DNA from: Schizosaccharomyces osmophilus
Taxonomy: Eukaryota
DNA length: 64,000 bases
Direction: 5' to 3'
Assembly: GCF_027921745.1 (NCBI RefSeq)
Contig: NC_079239.1
Span: forward strand, 1,488,001-1,552,000
Shown piece by piece: positions 34,288 to 46,329 of this stretch; the stretch's first letter is position 1; each line of letters begins with the position of its first letter. The notes beneath the pieces were generated by a model that made no database searches, was not told the DNA's origin, and saw nothing but the letters and a program-made list of their open reading frames with translations. A program made the translations under genes and the position numbers.

Positions 34288-36399
34288 CTAAGTCAAAATT
34301 TGTGTTCCAGTAATACCGTCAATTAATTGTACAGTTGCTTGATCCTTTTTTAAACTAGCAAGTTTTCTAAGATGTCCCAATGAATGAGGGGTCCAATCCC
34401 ATCCTTGATTGAGACTAGCTACTAATAACTTTCTCGCTAATTCTAAGTACCCATGCTTGGAAAACAGAGAAATCATAAGCGTAGTAATTTTTTGTTCATA
34501 TCCCTTTAATTCAGAAGGAATAATACCCTTGTCTTTATGCAAGTAATACTCTTGCCATGCACGATATCCAAGAATAAAATCATCACAACGTAAAGAAACA
34601 TAGATTGCAAAATAATAGGCTAATATGTTCCTTTGAGTAATGAAGTGGTTTTCCAAATCTTCTTTTTCAGCGAAATCCGGCTGAGAAAATTCCGTTAAAT
34701 AGACACTCGTAAAAAGTTCCAAATTCTGTTGCGTTGAGAATATATTTAGAAAAGATAAGCTTGTTTTGGTAACAATCTCTGGATGATATTTTTTCGTGTA
34801 CTCGCGTGTATAAACAGCAGCATAAAATAAATCCGATTTCGTACTTATCTTCCGTAAACCAAAAGGTGAACTAAAGCTTTCATCTTCTTCTAAATTCCTA
34901 ATAACGCTTTCGCGGATCTTATCCAAGCTTGGAATGACGGAAGAATCCTTCGTGGTGGCATTTGCATAAGCCTTGTAAGCAAAATTAAACAATCTTTCAA
35001 CGCTGCAAATCTTAGACAAAACTTGGCTGTTAGCCCAGTATTGAGAATACAAGTTCTTTATAGCATTAATGTTACCGCTTTGAGCAGCTAATCTCAAAAG
35101 CTCATACGATGTTCGTGCGTTCGGGGCTAAACCAAATTTCGTAAATTCTGATAAGTAAGCAAATGCAAGAAAATGATACTTTTTTTCTGTCGACAAAGCG
35201 TGGATTAGATTATTGATTGTAAGCTCGGTTGGTCTCAACGGATTGATAGGTCGTTTTATCATATCATTGTATAATTCAAGTGCTTTTTCTGGCCTTTTTT
35301 GAACAGCACAATGATATATTAAGGAGTTATAATCGATCTCATTTGGTGCTGTGTTAACTGAAACAAATTTCATATAGTCGAATAGAGACAATGCTTGGGA
35401 AGTCATCTGAGCTTTGCAGAAAGATACTAAGCAAACACTAAAAAATGAATGTTCAAATATTTTTACTTCCTTTTGATAACGTTCAATAAGTTTCGTAAAT
35501 TCGCTGTAGAGCCCGAGTCGACTTAAAGCGAATGCTTCTGCACGGCACAAATCTGAATGTACACTGGAGTCAATACTATTATATTGTTCCAAAAGATTCA
35601 AAGATGCGGAAAACATTTTCTTTCTATTACAAGCAACCATAAACTGATAGCATAACTCGCGCCAAAGGCCTAAATCTGTGTTTTCCAAGTTCTTGAGAAT
35701 TTGCTGCATATGTTTCACCTTTAATGTAGTAGGCAATGCCGTGACAAAGGATTCTACATGCAATTTTGAAACTCCCTGAAAGCAGTTGGGGTCAGCCAGC
35801 AAAGCAACGACTTTCTGATTCCAAGCTTCAAGCTTTTTTTTGTTTTCCACAACAAACTTCAAATACTTGCGGTCTTCCCCAATAACCACAAGGGAGTTTT
35901 TTGCTTCTTTCTCGTTATGATGAAGCTGCAGCCTTTTTGAAAGGATAGGGCCCAAATAAAAAGTAGCATCAGGTAAACCCTTTAGTTCGTTCGAAGTTGC
36001 AACATCATTATCAGATTTCCCTTCTTGCTCGATAGAATAAAGAGCTTGCTCGATTTCTTGTTCAGATAGGTTAAGAGAAGGCTATGCCTGTTAATTTTTA
36101 TTCAAAAAAAATCACAGCGATGATAAACTGTAAAAGCATACCCATTTATTGACTTGACTTTGTCTTATTGTTTCTACGTTTCCTTCTAGCTCTTTAAATT
36201 TTCGATCCAATTCTTGCTGAGCAGCTTCTAAAGATGCCACGTTGGAAGCAAAACATCGGGATTTTAGTTTTCCATAACTTCTAGGCCACCGTTGAATTCC
36301 ATGAAAATAGCTTCTATGAGTTATAAGGGCTTTTGGTAATGTGAGATGTACTTTAGCAATGTTTTGGGTATTTCGCGATATTAACCATTTAAATGCCAT
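34288..36399 (-). CDS. ppr3: Mitochondrial PPR protein; exons 36399-36142 and 36081-34288
   Basis: Basic presequence-like N-terminus; PPR-like repeats (PNEIDYNSLI..C, PTELTINNLI, PNARTSYELL). Symbol assigned from synteny. Confidence 0.82.
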
Positions 36400-37166
36400 G
36401 TGCAACTGTTTCTTATTATTCTGTACTTTGCTTTATTGCATTTCTAGAATCCGTATTTATTTTTTGAAAGATTTCGGCCAATGTTTCTTTTAGGCTTGTA
36501 TTTGCGGTTGCTGAGAACAACCTGGTAACTGTTGTGGTTCTTTCAGGAGTTTGCTGCTTTCAATGGAAATTTACAACTTTAAAAGTCAAAAAATATTTAA
36601 TTTCAAAATATATACTTATTTATATAAACTATAACTTGTTCTTATTGAATTAAAACTGAAAGAGAATCAAGTTTAATTTCTTTCATGATAGTAGGCATAG
36701 TTAAATATCAACTTTTGAAAAAGAATCAAATAGATTTAGATGCAATATGTTTTACAAGTTTCTTTAATACTGTATTAAAATCCCATCTTTGCTTCAGGAG
36801 ATGAACAGGATGTTGACTTTTATGGTATGTAGCTCTTTCATTAGGACTAAAGATTTCTGTCACTGTTAATCATCTAACACTAGTATGAGCTGTATAGTTA
36901 TTTCATTCAGAGAAATTCCGTTTTCTTGATGTTGCCAATCGTAACCTCCAAGTATGAGGCGCACCATAAAGATTAACAATATTCATGAACACTCGTAACA
37001 GAAAAAAAGTTGTTGCGGGATGCACGGGATAACATAAATAAGGACTAGTTGGGAGAAGTAAATGTCGGTGGTGAGTATTGCATCTTCTATTGATGACAGG
37101 GAAATATCAAACCATTAAAGACCCAGAAATATAAATAAATACGAGATAGAAAACAAAAGCGCCTTT

Positions 37167-38615
37167 TCAATTCAAAAGCACCATACCATCTTCTGAATAA
37201 CTATACATGTTGTTTTTGGAAGAATCATTCGCACGGATAATATCACAAGTGGTATCCAGTACAGAACCGTTAACGGATTGCCGGGCATCCAAAACTCTGG
37301 TTTGTATGTCGCCGAGGATGGAAGAACTGGCGGAACGAGGGACGGGTGAAACGGTGATAGGATAAGAAATTTCAACATTTCTAGCACGATAAAGTCTCAC
37401 TTTTATTAAAACCATATAAGTGACCTTATACAGATCGGAAGAAGTGCTGAACCCTTGCATGCTATAATCATCTAAGTCAGGATCTGGGAACACTTTTGAC
37501 AGTGTTTGTGAAAGGCCATCTTTTTCCAATCGCACGTCGTCGAGATCTTGTTCAACTTTTAAAACTTTTTTTGAACGAACAATGGGAGAGGAATTGGAAG
37601 AAGGATGGCGGATACTAACACATTCTACCAAGGACAATGACAATTGCTGTACCCGGATTTTGGATCCATTCGAAGCCCTGATAGATATGAACACTGTAAG
37701 TAAATCCATAGGCCCGATACACTGTTTGGGAATGGAAGCCTCCACTATAACTCTACCGTCTATACTTGTTTCTTTTAAGTAGATTGGTGAATTATACATA
37801 CCCCAAGAGGAGAGCGTGTCGTAACGGTGAATGGCAATCGGGACACATTCAGAGATATCTTCTAATCCAGAAAGAGTGAGAACGGCTCGTAATTGGTATT
37901 TTGTAGAGCAAGAAAAACCTGAACGAACAAGATCGAATGTTGGGGTAAGCACTTCTCCCTCAGAATACTTCATTTCGAACGGCAAATCCATAGACCATAT
38001 GTTATAAGCTGAAGATGAAGATGAAGATGACTTTTCAGGTGACTTTTGTAAGTCAGTTATAACCGATGAGGCTGGCATAGAAGAATTGTCTGAAGTTTGG
38101 CTAAAAGCGCGAGAAGGCATTGAAGTGCTTCGAGAAACGTTTTGAACATGTGGAGGTGGTATAGGCGGTTGATTTGAAGAACGACGCCGGGAAGGTTGAT
38201 CGTGTATGTAGGAATCGTAAATATGGCTTATGCCGGAAATGTCAGATGAAGGAGACAAAGCATCGTCACCAGCTTGGATGTTTTCGGAAAGGTAAAGGGA
38301 ATTCGTCTTTTCATTTTTAGAAGAGAAAGGAGATGGAGGAGGAAACAAAACTTGCTGTACTAGCCGCTTTGGTTCAGACAAATGATTGCTTACACCCAAA
38401 GAAGGAACATCAACGGATTCGATTTTCCAGAGCTCCAAAGTGACTCTTAATATAGACAATGGCTGGTTTATTTCTTTGCTTCGCACTTGTACGAGGCCTA
38501 CGATTCTAGGAGCTGATGCAGGAATTCCATTGTAGCCAGCTTGAAAATCCAAATGTGGTAAGGGACGGATTTCAATTGGAGAAAAGTTTTTAATATATGT
38601 ACAGGGAGCCGTCAT
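37167..38615 (-). CDS. art1: Arrestin-related protein
   Basis: GYNGIPA..PRIVG.VQVR, MDLPF, IHRYDTLSSWGMYN. Symbol assigned from synteny. Confidence 0.82.
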   Translation of the reverse strand: MTAPCTYIKNFSPIEIRPLPHLDFQAGYNGIPASAPRIVGLVQVRSKEINQPLSILRVTLELWKIESVDVPSLGVSNHLSEPKRLVQQVLFPPPSPFSSKNEKTNSLYLSENIQAGDDALSPSSDISGISHIYDSYIHDQPSRRRSSNQPPIPPPHVQNVSRSTSMPSRAFSQTSDNSSMPASSVITDLQKSPEKSSSSSSSAYNIWSMDLPFEMKYSEGEVLTPTFDLVRSGFSCSTKYQLRAVLTLSGLEDISECVPIAIHRYDTLSSWGMYNSPIYLKETSIDGRVIVEASIPKQCIGPMDLLTVFISIRASNGSKIRVQQLSLSLVECVSIRHPSSNSSPIVRSKKVLKVEQDLDDVRLEKDGLSQTLSKVFPDPDLDDYSMQGFSTSSDLYKVTYMVLIKVRLYRARNVEISYPITVSPVPRSASSSILGDIQTRVLDARQSVNGSVLDTTCDIIRANDSSKNNMYSYSEDGMVLLN

Positions 38616-38699
38616 GCTCTATGGAAAGCCACATAGATTGGGGTTTTGTGTGATTTTCTGCGGTTTCAGAAAGTACGGGTTTCACCAGACAAGCAACAG

Positions 38700-38718
38700 C
38701 TTGGGTTACTTGGGTTAC
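38700..38718 (+). repeat. Tandem 9-mer CTT-GGGTTACTT-GGGTTAC, telomere-type repeat
   Basis: Perfect 9-nt periodicity over 19 nt, containing two GGTTAC cores. Confidence 0.75.
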
Positions 38719-39151
38719 AAGAGAAGGGGGATGTTGGAAAGAAGACATTGTTCGAATTAATAAAAAATAAAAAAAAAAAAAAATTGTATATGTTTATTGT
38801 TCTTTATTCTTTTTTATTTCAGTAAAAAATTTTAAAAAGCACGGCGTACCTTATAATTGTGCCCTTCATAAACTGAAAACATGGTCAGCTAAACGTTTAC
38901 CAAGACGAATGATAAATTCAATTGAATTCGCATCTTCAATCGATCGCAGGAGATGTTGTATATTCGATTTGTTCTCAAAGGTTTAGGTGTAAATAGTTTT
39001 CATTGTAAGCATTCAACTTGAAAGAAAAATCGGTTGCCTGCAACAGTTCTGTCGAATTCCCTCAAATACACACTATGTTTTCCTACTTAGTAAATACTAT
39101 CTATGCTTGAAGTCTACTTCCATCCTTGCAAAAACTTTCAAAACACGGAAT

Positions 39152-39304
39152 GTAAATAAACACAAAAGAGTTCGTTCATTTTGGTCCCTTTCAGTGGAAA
39201 ATCGCCGAAGAAAGGAGAATTTTAGCAATAATTAATCAAAAAACAAGAGAATACTTATAAAGCGATCCTGAAGCTTCATTTTAGGAACCGCTTTGTTTAT
39301 TTAC
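39152..39304. promoter_or_regulatory. Inverted pair of forkhead sites GTAAATAAACA
   Basis: 39152-39162 on + and 39294-39304 on -, between art1 and ulp1. Confidence 0.6.
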
Positions 39305-39719
39305 ATTCGTACTACTACGATATTACTACATGGTATACGGTGAAGAACTACATTATATTAACATAAGACAATATTAAATTCTCAATCGCAAAGGACTTTC
39401 GATCCCACCTAGAGAAGGACCTGTTCATCCTCGTCTAATTAATTATTTAATTTATTTTTCCCTTCAAGGCTAGCTGAATTTCTGAATTCTAATTTTTGAA
39501 ATACTCTTGAGGTACCATTGATACCTACATCAGTGCTTGCTCATTTCAAACTTTTCACATTCACTACACATTAAAAACCTTCTTTCAGGTGGTATTTTTT
39601 GTCAAGGTTACCTTGACGTGGGATTAGCGAAAGGTTTTACAGCGATATTTCGCGTTTCTACTTCTCTTCTACACTCCCAGTATCCGCAATCCTGTTTCCT
39701 CCTCCATAGACTTTTGTGA

Positions 39720-41432
39720 ATGATACACGAACGTAATGCGACAAAGCGGTCGCATCCAGATGATGCAGCATCTTTAGAAGAACAAAAAAAGCGAAAGAAG
39801 ACGCTCTTTAACACGTTTGTAGGCATCTGCTCCCGTACTGTAACATATGCGAAAGTTTTCCTCACGGGCACCTCAATGGCAGACATGGACAGTACTGCTG
39901 GCAATACTAGTCCATCTTTATCTGGGGAATCAGCGACATATCCTTCTGGTTCTGCCGAAGCTCAAGGAGTTGCTCACGATCAATCACTTGCTTCGTTCGC
40001 AACAAATTCAGGGGGAAATGGTCATTTCAAAAAAGAAAAAAACATTCAAATTCTGAATGCTCATAGAAAAATGGATCCTATTACCAAGCAGCATCTCTTC
40101 CATCCAAGCATGCATGGTTCCGCCGCTAGTGGATTCCACGAATTGTCTCCTCAGAGTTTTCGCGCTTCTCGCCTACAATATATCCCTCGTCCTCATCAAT
40201 CTTCTAGACGCTTGTCGACTACTGATCGACTAAAGCTGGCTGTATCCCAAGAAACAGCTGAGGGCATGGTTCCTTCTGGCCATAGCCCGTTTCGACGAAA
40301 CGAGACTGAAGGGTTAGGAACCTCGCGTGAACCGTCCTCTAGTCTTAATTCCAAAATTTACCCCTCTCTGCATCCTGCCGGTCCCAAACAAGGAAACGTG
40401 TCAAAACTTCATGAATCCAAATTTGTCACTCCTTCTTCACAGATTCATGATTCAAAAATGCGAATCCGCTCTTCTCATTTACCTTTTACCGCTACGATGA
40501 AAAGGTCCATCGACAAAAATTTAACGCCTTGGCGCCCTCCTCCGCGTCTTGTATCGACAGAGCAGCATCCCCATCCTTCGGGCTTTCCTTTGTCATCAGA
40601 CCTAGATAATGAAAATTCTCTTTTGCAACTTATTCGTAAACTTAAGGAGAAGCAGACCGAAGCGTTTCATGATTGGAACGAAGTTGATTTCTTACAATTA
40701 AAAGGCCTTCACGTTACTCCTCCTCCTGTTCGTCCGAAATTTGTTTCTCTATTAGAATTTCCCGAAGAAGCAAAGAAACGGGCTTTACATCTCTTAAATG
40801 ACAATGATCTTCCACGCTCGTCCTACACTGAGCCTATAATCACCAAATATAATATTCCAATAATGATACGAGATCTTCGTACCTTAAAAAATAGGCAATG
40901 GTTAAATGACGAGGTTATAAATTTCTATATGAACTTACTATCAGATCGCTCTCGCTCCGATTCTTCTTTACCTCGGGTTCATGTATATAATACTTTTTTT
41001 TACACGACACTACAGAGGAAAGGATACGCCGGCGTCCGACGGTGGGCCAGAAAGGCCTCCATGAAAATTGCGGATTTTGATTGTGTATTGGTTCCTGTTC
41101 ATCTGGACGTCCATTGGTGCATGGCTGCAATTAATAAAAAGAAAAAAAGATTCGAATACTGGGACTCGCTGGCCGGAAGTCCTGGTAAAGTCTTTGACCT
41201 ACTAAAAGAATACTACGTTGCTGAAACGAAAGGATCTGTTGATATTACGGACTGGGAAAACTATGTTGATCACAATTCGCCAAAGCAGCAGAATGGGTAT
41301 GATTGTGGTGTCTTTGCCTGTAAGACAGCAGAATGTCTTGCCAGAGAGGTTCCATTACAGTTTTCTCAGAGAAATATGCCAGAATTAAGGTTAAGAATGG
41401 CAGCTAGTATAATTGACGCTCGGATATACTAA
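39720..41432 (+). CDS. ulp1: SUMO deconjugating protease
   Basis: WLNDEVINFYM, NTFFY, VHW (His), WDS (Asp), QQNGYDCG (Cys); C48 peptidase domain. Confidence 0.94.
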   Translation: MIHERNATKRSHPDDAASLEEQKKRKKTLFNTFVGICSRTVTYAKVFLTGTSMADMDSTAGNTSPSLSGESATYPSGSAEAQGVAHDQSLASFATNSGGNGHFKKEKNIQILNAHRKMDPITKQHLFHPSMHGSAASGFHELSPQSFRASRLQYIPRPHQSSRRLSTTDRLKLAVSQETAEGMVPSGHSPFRRNETEGLGTSREPSSSLNSKIYPSLHPAGPKQGNVSKLHESKFVTPSSQIHDSKMRIRSSHLPFTATMKRSIDKNLTPWRPPPRLVSTEQHPHPSGFPLSSDLDNENSLLQLIRKLKEKQTEAFHDWNEVDFLQLKGLHVTPPPVRPKFVSLLEFPEEAKKRALHLLNDNDLPRSSYTEPIITKYNIPIMIRDLRTLKNRQWLNDEVINFYMNLLSDRSRSDSSLPRVHVYNTFFYTTLQRKGYAGVRRWARKASMKIADFDCVLVPVHLDVHWCMAAINKKKKRFEYWDSLAGSPGKVFDLLKEYYVAETKGSVDITDWENYVDHNSPKQQNGYDCGVFACKTAECLAREVPLQFSQRNMPELRLRMAASIIDARIY

Positions 41433-41667
41433 TCCTTTGTAAGTGAATTTATATTCTTTTCCTTCATTGGTTGTTACACTCTTTCACTTTTATTTACATC
41501 CATCTATGGTAATTTTTAGAGGCTTTACCAAAAAACAACTCGAACCAATATTCAAATAATGTTGGTTGCATAAGTTTGCTCAAAAGAAAACGGTGATAAC
41601 ATGTAGCATAATGATAAAACACCTTCGATTCATAATTCACAACGATTCATATCCATAATTTACTTGT

Positions 41668-44174
41668 TTAGGCACTCAGCTGACGAGCATCAAGACCCAT
41701 AGCATTCAAGAATAGATTAACATTCGCAATACGTACGAGAGCAATCTCTTCAGGAGATCTCTTGCTTGTAATAATATTATCGAGAACTCTATCTCTCGTC
41801 TCAGACACCAAAACGAAATGTTGGTCCGAAGAAGCAGCAGTAGCACAAGCCGCCAAAAACTCCCAGGGATATGATTCATCAGCGTAAGCGCGGGCATTTG
41901 GAGGAGGAAAAACTGTTGCAAAGTGGTCTTTCAAACAGTCAAATAATCCATTAAATATTCTCTCCCTAAAATTCAGTTAGTACATCAAATAAACAAACAA
42001 GTTCCAACACGTACCAATTTTCTTTTTCTTCTTCAGTACCCGACCCAGTTTGCTTAAGAATTTCGGCTCGGCTAATTAGCATAGTTAAGAACGAAAGTCC
42101 AATTTTAGTTTGGATTAGGTATAAAGGATTGGATCTTCCAAGGAGTTGAGAAAATAAGGTATTAACGTTCGACATGCCCAGCTCATTCACAATAGTAAGT
42201 AAGGAAGGAATAACAAATTGAGTAAATGAAGTCATCTCTGCTGGAATGCCAGCAGGCAACTCGCCATTCGCATCAAAAGTTCCATTCAAGACAATATTGA
42301 GAGAATCGACGTTACCAACGATGACAGTGAGAATAGCATATTGTTGTTCTTTCGAAAGATGAGGTAACAATCGCGGGAGAAGACGCATTCCTTTAGGATG
42401 AGAAATAACTGATAAAAATGGTGGACGAGCTTTCGAAGAGCTGTCTAACGACTCATTGATGTGAAGGACATTCCAAATGCTTTCTAATTTATGGCTAAGA
42501 TCATTTTTCCATTCATTAAAAGTTTCTTCATCCTCAACATTAGAGACAGATAATTTCCGGAGAGAATGCTCGAAATCAAGTAACCAATCATATATTCTCT
42601 CAATTGCTTGAAGAACATCTTTTTTAGTAGCGAAACCTTTAAAGGTAGTTTCTTTGGCGTTAATTGCATGTTCAGAAGGACGCTTAACGTTAAGAAGTTG
42701 TCGAGGAGTACGGACAGTGTTTATGGCAATCTTGCCTAACGCGCCCTCTAGGGATAACTGAGTAGTTTTTGGACGTTCCTTAGCAGAAGAAACCAACTTT
42801 TGTAATTGCTGTTGCAATCTTTGCATTGGGTTTTCCGAACGTCTTCCACGACGGCGATTGCTACTGGGACCTAAGTAGGTCTGAATAAAGTGACTGGAAT
42901 CCTCTTCTGAAGGATTACGGCCACGAATTATAGAATAAACTCGATAATAAAAATCTTCAGATTCGGGGTCTTCAGACATGAGTTGAGATATTTGGATACG
43001 AGCAATAAAAGACTTATCACTGCGAGTCATCAAACCGGCGCATTGCGCCATGAGTATATGGTCTCTTTCCAGTTTTTGACGCTTTTCGTCAAGAATTCTA
43101 GCTTGGGCAAAATTTTCTTGCTGAACAAGGTTTAAAAGTGGAACGGGAGGGACCGGTTCGGCACCGTACACCATATTAGTCGGATATACAACAGGAGGTG
43201 CTTGAGGGGGAGAAAGATTGGGATTTGCAAACAACTGCGAAGGTTGCATCATAGCTGGCAAAGGTAAGCCAGGGTTGGGAACATTCGATTGTTGAGTAGG
43301 GAAAGAGACATTTCCAATACTGGCGACAGCAGGATCCAAAGCTGCAAAAGTATCATGGGTCAAAGTTGAAGGAGGAGGAGCTTGGACTGCTGGTGAAGCC
43401 ACAGAATTAACGGCGGGCATTGTCGAAGCAACAGATTCTTCAGCTTTAGGGCCAGCACTAGGTACATTAAGGGAATTGAAAAGTTGTTCCTCAAGTTCTT
43501 GCAGGCTAATTACCTTTTCACTGTTTTGCGCACCCAAACGATTTTGAAAGCTTGATACTTCAGGAGGGGCCGCTTGAACAGTAGGTTTCTCAGGTACAAT
43601 GGTTTCCCAGATAGAGGCCATGGGTCTCAAATCCGAAAGCATATTAGTATTGGCTGAAATATCGACATTTTCTTCAACCTTACTTGCTGCAGACGCAACC
43701 ATTGGATTTACCTGAGGAAGTAATGAAGCTTGCGCGGCTTCATCAAAAACCTTGTCCTTGGGACTTTTGGTATCGTCCTGTTCATTTTCTAATTTGGTAG
43801 AAACATGTGCAGTTTGATTGAAAAAATCAAAGTCACGACCTATAAATGATTAGATACATCTCTAATATTAAAGGCGAGCTTAAATAAAACCGAGGCTATG
43901 ATGCTGTATTATCACTCTCACATACCAACATTTCCGGCGCTAACCCCAAAGGTTTCGTCGTTCATATCATCTCCCTCCTCTTCAAGTCGATCTGCTAAAT
44001 CGTCGTACGTTTCTTCAAAATCAATTCTACACATCCACGGTCAGCTTTCAACTAGCACTCTTCTCGCCTCAGCAGAAGCCAAAAACAGCATTCATACCCA
44101 TCTTCATCGTATGCTCCATTTTTAGGAGCCATCTGCTCCTTTGGAAGGGTTGTATCGAACCCGAAAAACGACAT
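41668..44174 (-). CDS. pdc2: Pat1-family decapping activator; exons 44174-44098, 44026-43926, 43839-42015, 41965-41668
   Basis: MSFFGF, NDETFG, GRDFDF, GLMTRSDK.FI.RIQ..QL..DFYY, GALGKI, NVNLFLNAMGL. Confidence 0.92.
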
Positions 44175-44664
44175 TTCGAGTTTTCTATCTCGTTACGACG
44201 TTGGTGGTTAACAAGAGGAACTAGAGCCTTGCCTAGTACTATACGGTGGTGATCTAAGAAGGAGCGTACAATGAAGCTAAGGCTATTCAACTTAAAATAG
44301 AAAATAAAAAGGATTAATAAATGGTTACTATTTAACTTTAAACGGTTTTTGGCTAAAAAACTTGAAGCATTTCATTAAGTTGCTTAACAGTTATCTTTAC
44401 ATCATTTCACTCACAAATAAAATTCTTAAGACTAATTAAAATCTTTTTTTCTTTTCTTAGTTGTTTTAAAGACATAAACGAGGACCTCATAGTTTCAAAT
44501 GCCAAAGTATCATAACTCCCAGAGCTTTGCTTGCCGAAATGTTTGCTCATGCCATAAGTAAGTAGCAAAAAGATAAATTAAAGAAATGATGATAGGTGCG
44601 TTAGACGGAAATTCACGAACCAACTCATGGCATCTAGAAATTATTAAGGAAGGGGTTTCTCAAA

Positions 44665-45547
44665 TCAGGAAGTAAGATCACCGCTTGAAGAAGAGGAATT
44701 CGAGCCCCAAACCAATCTATCAAACTCCCTTTGTTGTTTTTCAAATTCTTTGTCCTCAGGAGTCTGAGCCCTCATGTCAGTAGCATCTTCTTTTGGCCAA
44801 TTCGAAGACGCAGCATCAAGATTTTCATCTTCAGAAGGGAATGAGTATCTCTTTTCTTTTTTTGTATTCGTGCGATTCAAATCATCTTTTTCTCGGATAC
44901 GGTCCCATGCCGATTTAGAAGACTCCTGAGACATGAATGTACCTGTTTTGTCTGAACCACCTAAAGAAGCTTCTTGGTTTCCATTTTCTAATTGAGCCTG
45001 CTGTTGATCAGGCAGAGGAACATTTGATGAAGGAGGAAACTTCATTCCTTGTTGCATCATGGCACGTTGTCGGATAAGAGATTGTTGGATTTTCCGCGTA
45101 AGGTCTGAGCCGTCAGAGCGCTGTTTCACTTGTGATACATTATATCCCATGGTAACAATCTGGGAAAGCTGTAATAGAGATTTTGTTAGCAATAAGGCTA
45201 GAAGAAAGTTTCATGAATGAGGCGAGCAAGTGAAGTGAATATCACCGCCGGTTGTAAAGAAAGACGTACTCCATTTCCAGCTATACCTGATATGATAGAC
45301 GTAGCGTATAATCGAAAAGGAGATACTTTTCGTTTTCGAGCTGATAGAACGTTCATAATTAGCAGCCGCAGTATACAAATGTCGAAGACAGAACCTTACC
45401 CAAAACGATGGGAATAGAAAACCCTCCAATGACTCCAATGATTGCATTTCGACGAACCCGTGATCGCGATTGGACCAAAAACTGCTTTTGTTCTTCTGAA
45501 AATTCATTCGTAGGGTCATTGAGCATTTGCTCCCAAAACCCATCCAT
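44665..45547 (-). CDS. Uncharacterised protein with two N-terminal hydrophobic helices and a disordered tail; exons 45547-45400, 45340-45270, 45168-44665
   Basis: Introns GTAAGG..GCTAAT..CAG and GTACGT..GCTAAC..CAG join three ORF pieces in frame. Confidence 0.8.
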
Positions 45548-46329
45548 TTCTTTAAAGTAAAAAAACCCGCTTTATATCAAGAATGAAGAAACTGAACTTG
45601 AGCAAACTTAACAGATCAATGGCAAATGGTCAATAAATCGTATTTCCACAACCTTCAAAACTGGTAAGAAAAAAGTATAACAGATCAAAAAGTACAATAC
45701 AATTTTTTCTGCGACTTAAATTTTTAAAAAGGGTAGTAATTCACAGTATAAACTTTGTAATGAAACAAAGTCCTAGGAAGGTAGACTCGACACGTAATCC
45801 TAAAAAGAAATATTATAAGAGCATATGCAATACTTTATAGAAACATATATGCTTATATACACTAAATGTAGGGAAAAAGATTTTTGAAGTAAATTCTGAA
45901 AGAAGAATGCAAAGAAATGTTTTCAATTTGAGAAAACATAAAAATATACGATTTTACTTTTATTTAGCCTTTCTTTTACCAAGCTCTTAAATCGCGTTAA
46001 AATATTCAGGTGGATAATACTGGGGCCAATAGTACCGCGTTATACAAGAAAACAAGCAAAAATATTCATATTTTTCGATTTTCCAACAGTTTGGCATATA
46101 AGCAGGATTGAGGGAATTCGTACAAGTTAAGATATAAAAAAAAGGAATTAAAACAATCCTAGAAAGAAGTGATTAATTTGATGCAATTTTTCTTTTCGGA
46201 GAGAAAATCCCAACCTTTACGAGCAAGGTGATATTCGCACTCAAAATTGATGTTCTGTAACCATTGGATGCGTGTTTGCTTTGCTTAAAAAATAAAGATT
46301 ACTTTGAAAATTGTAGGTTTTGAAGAGAA

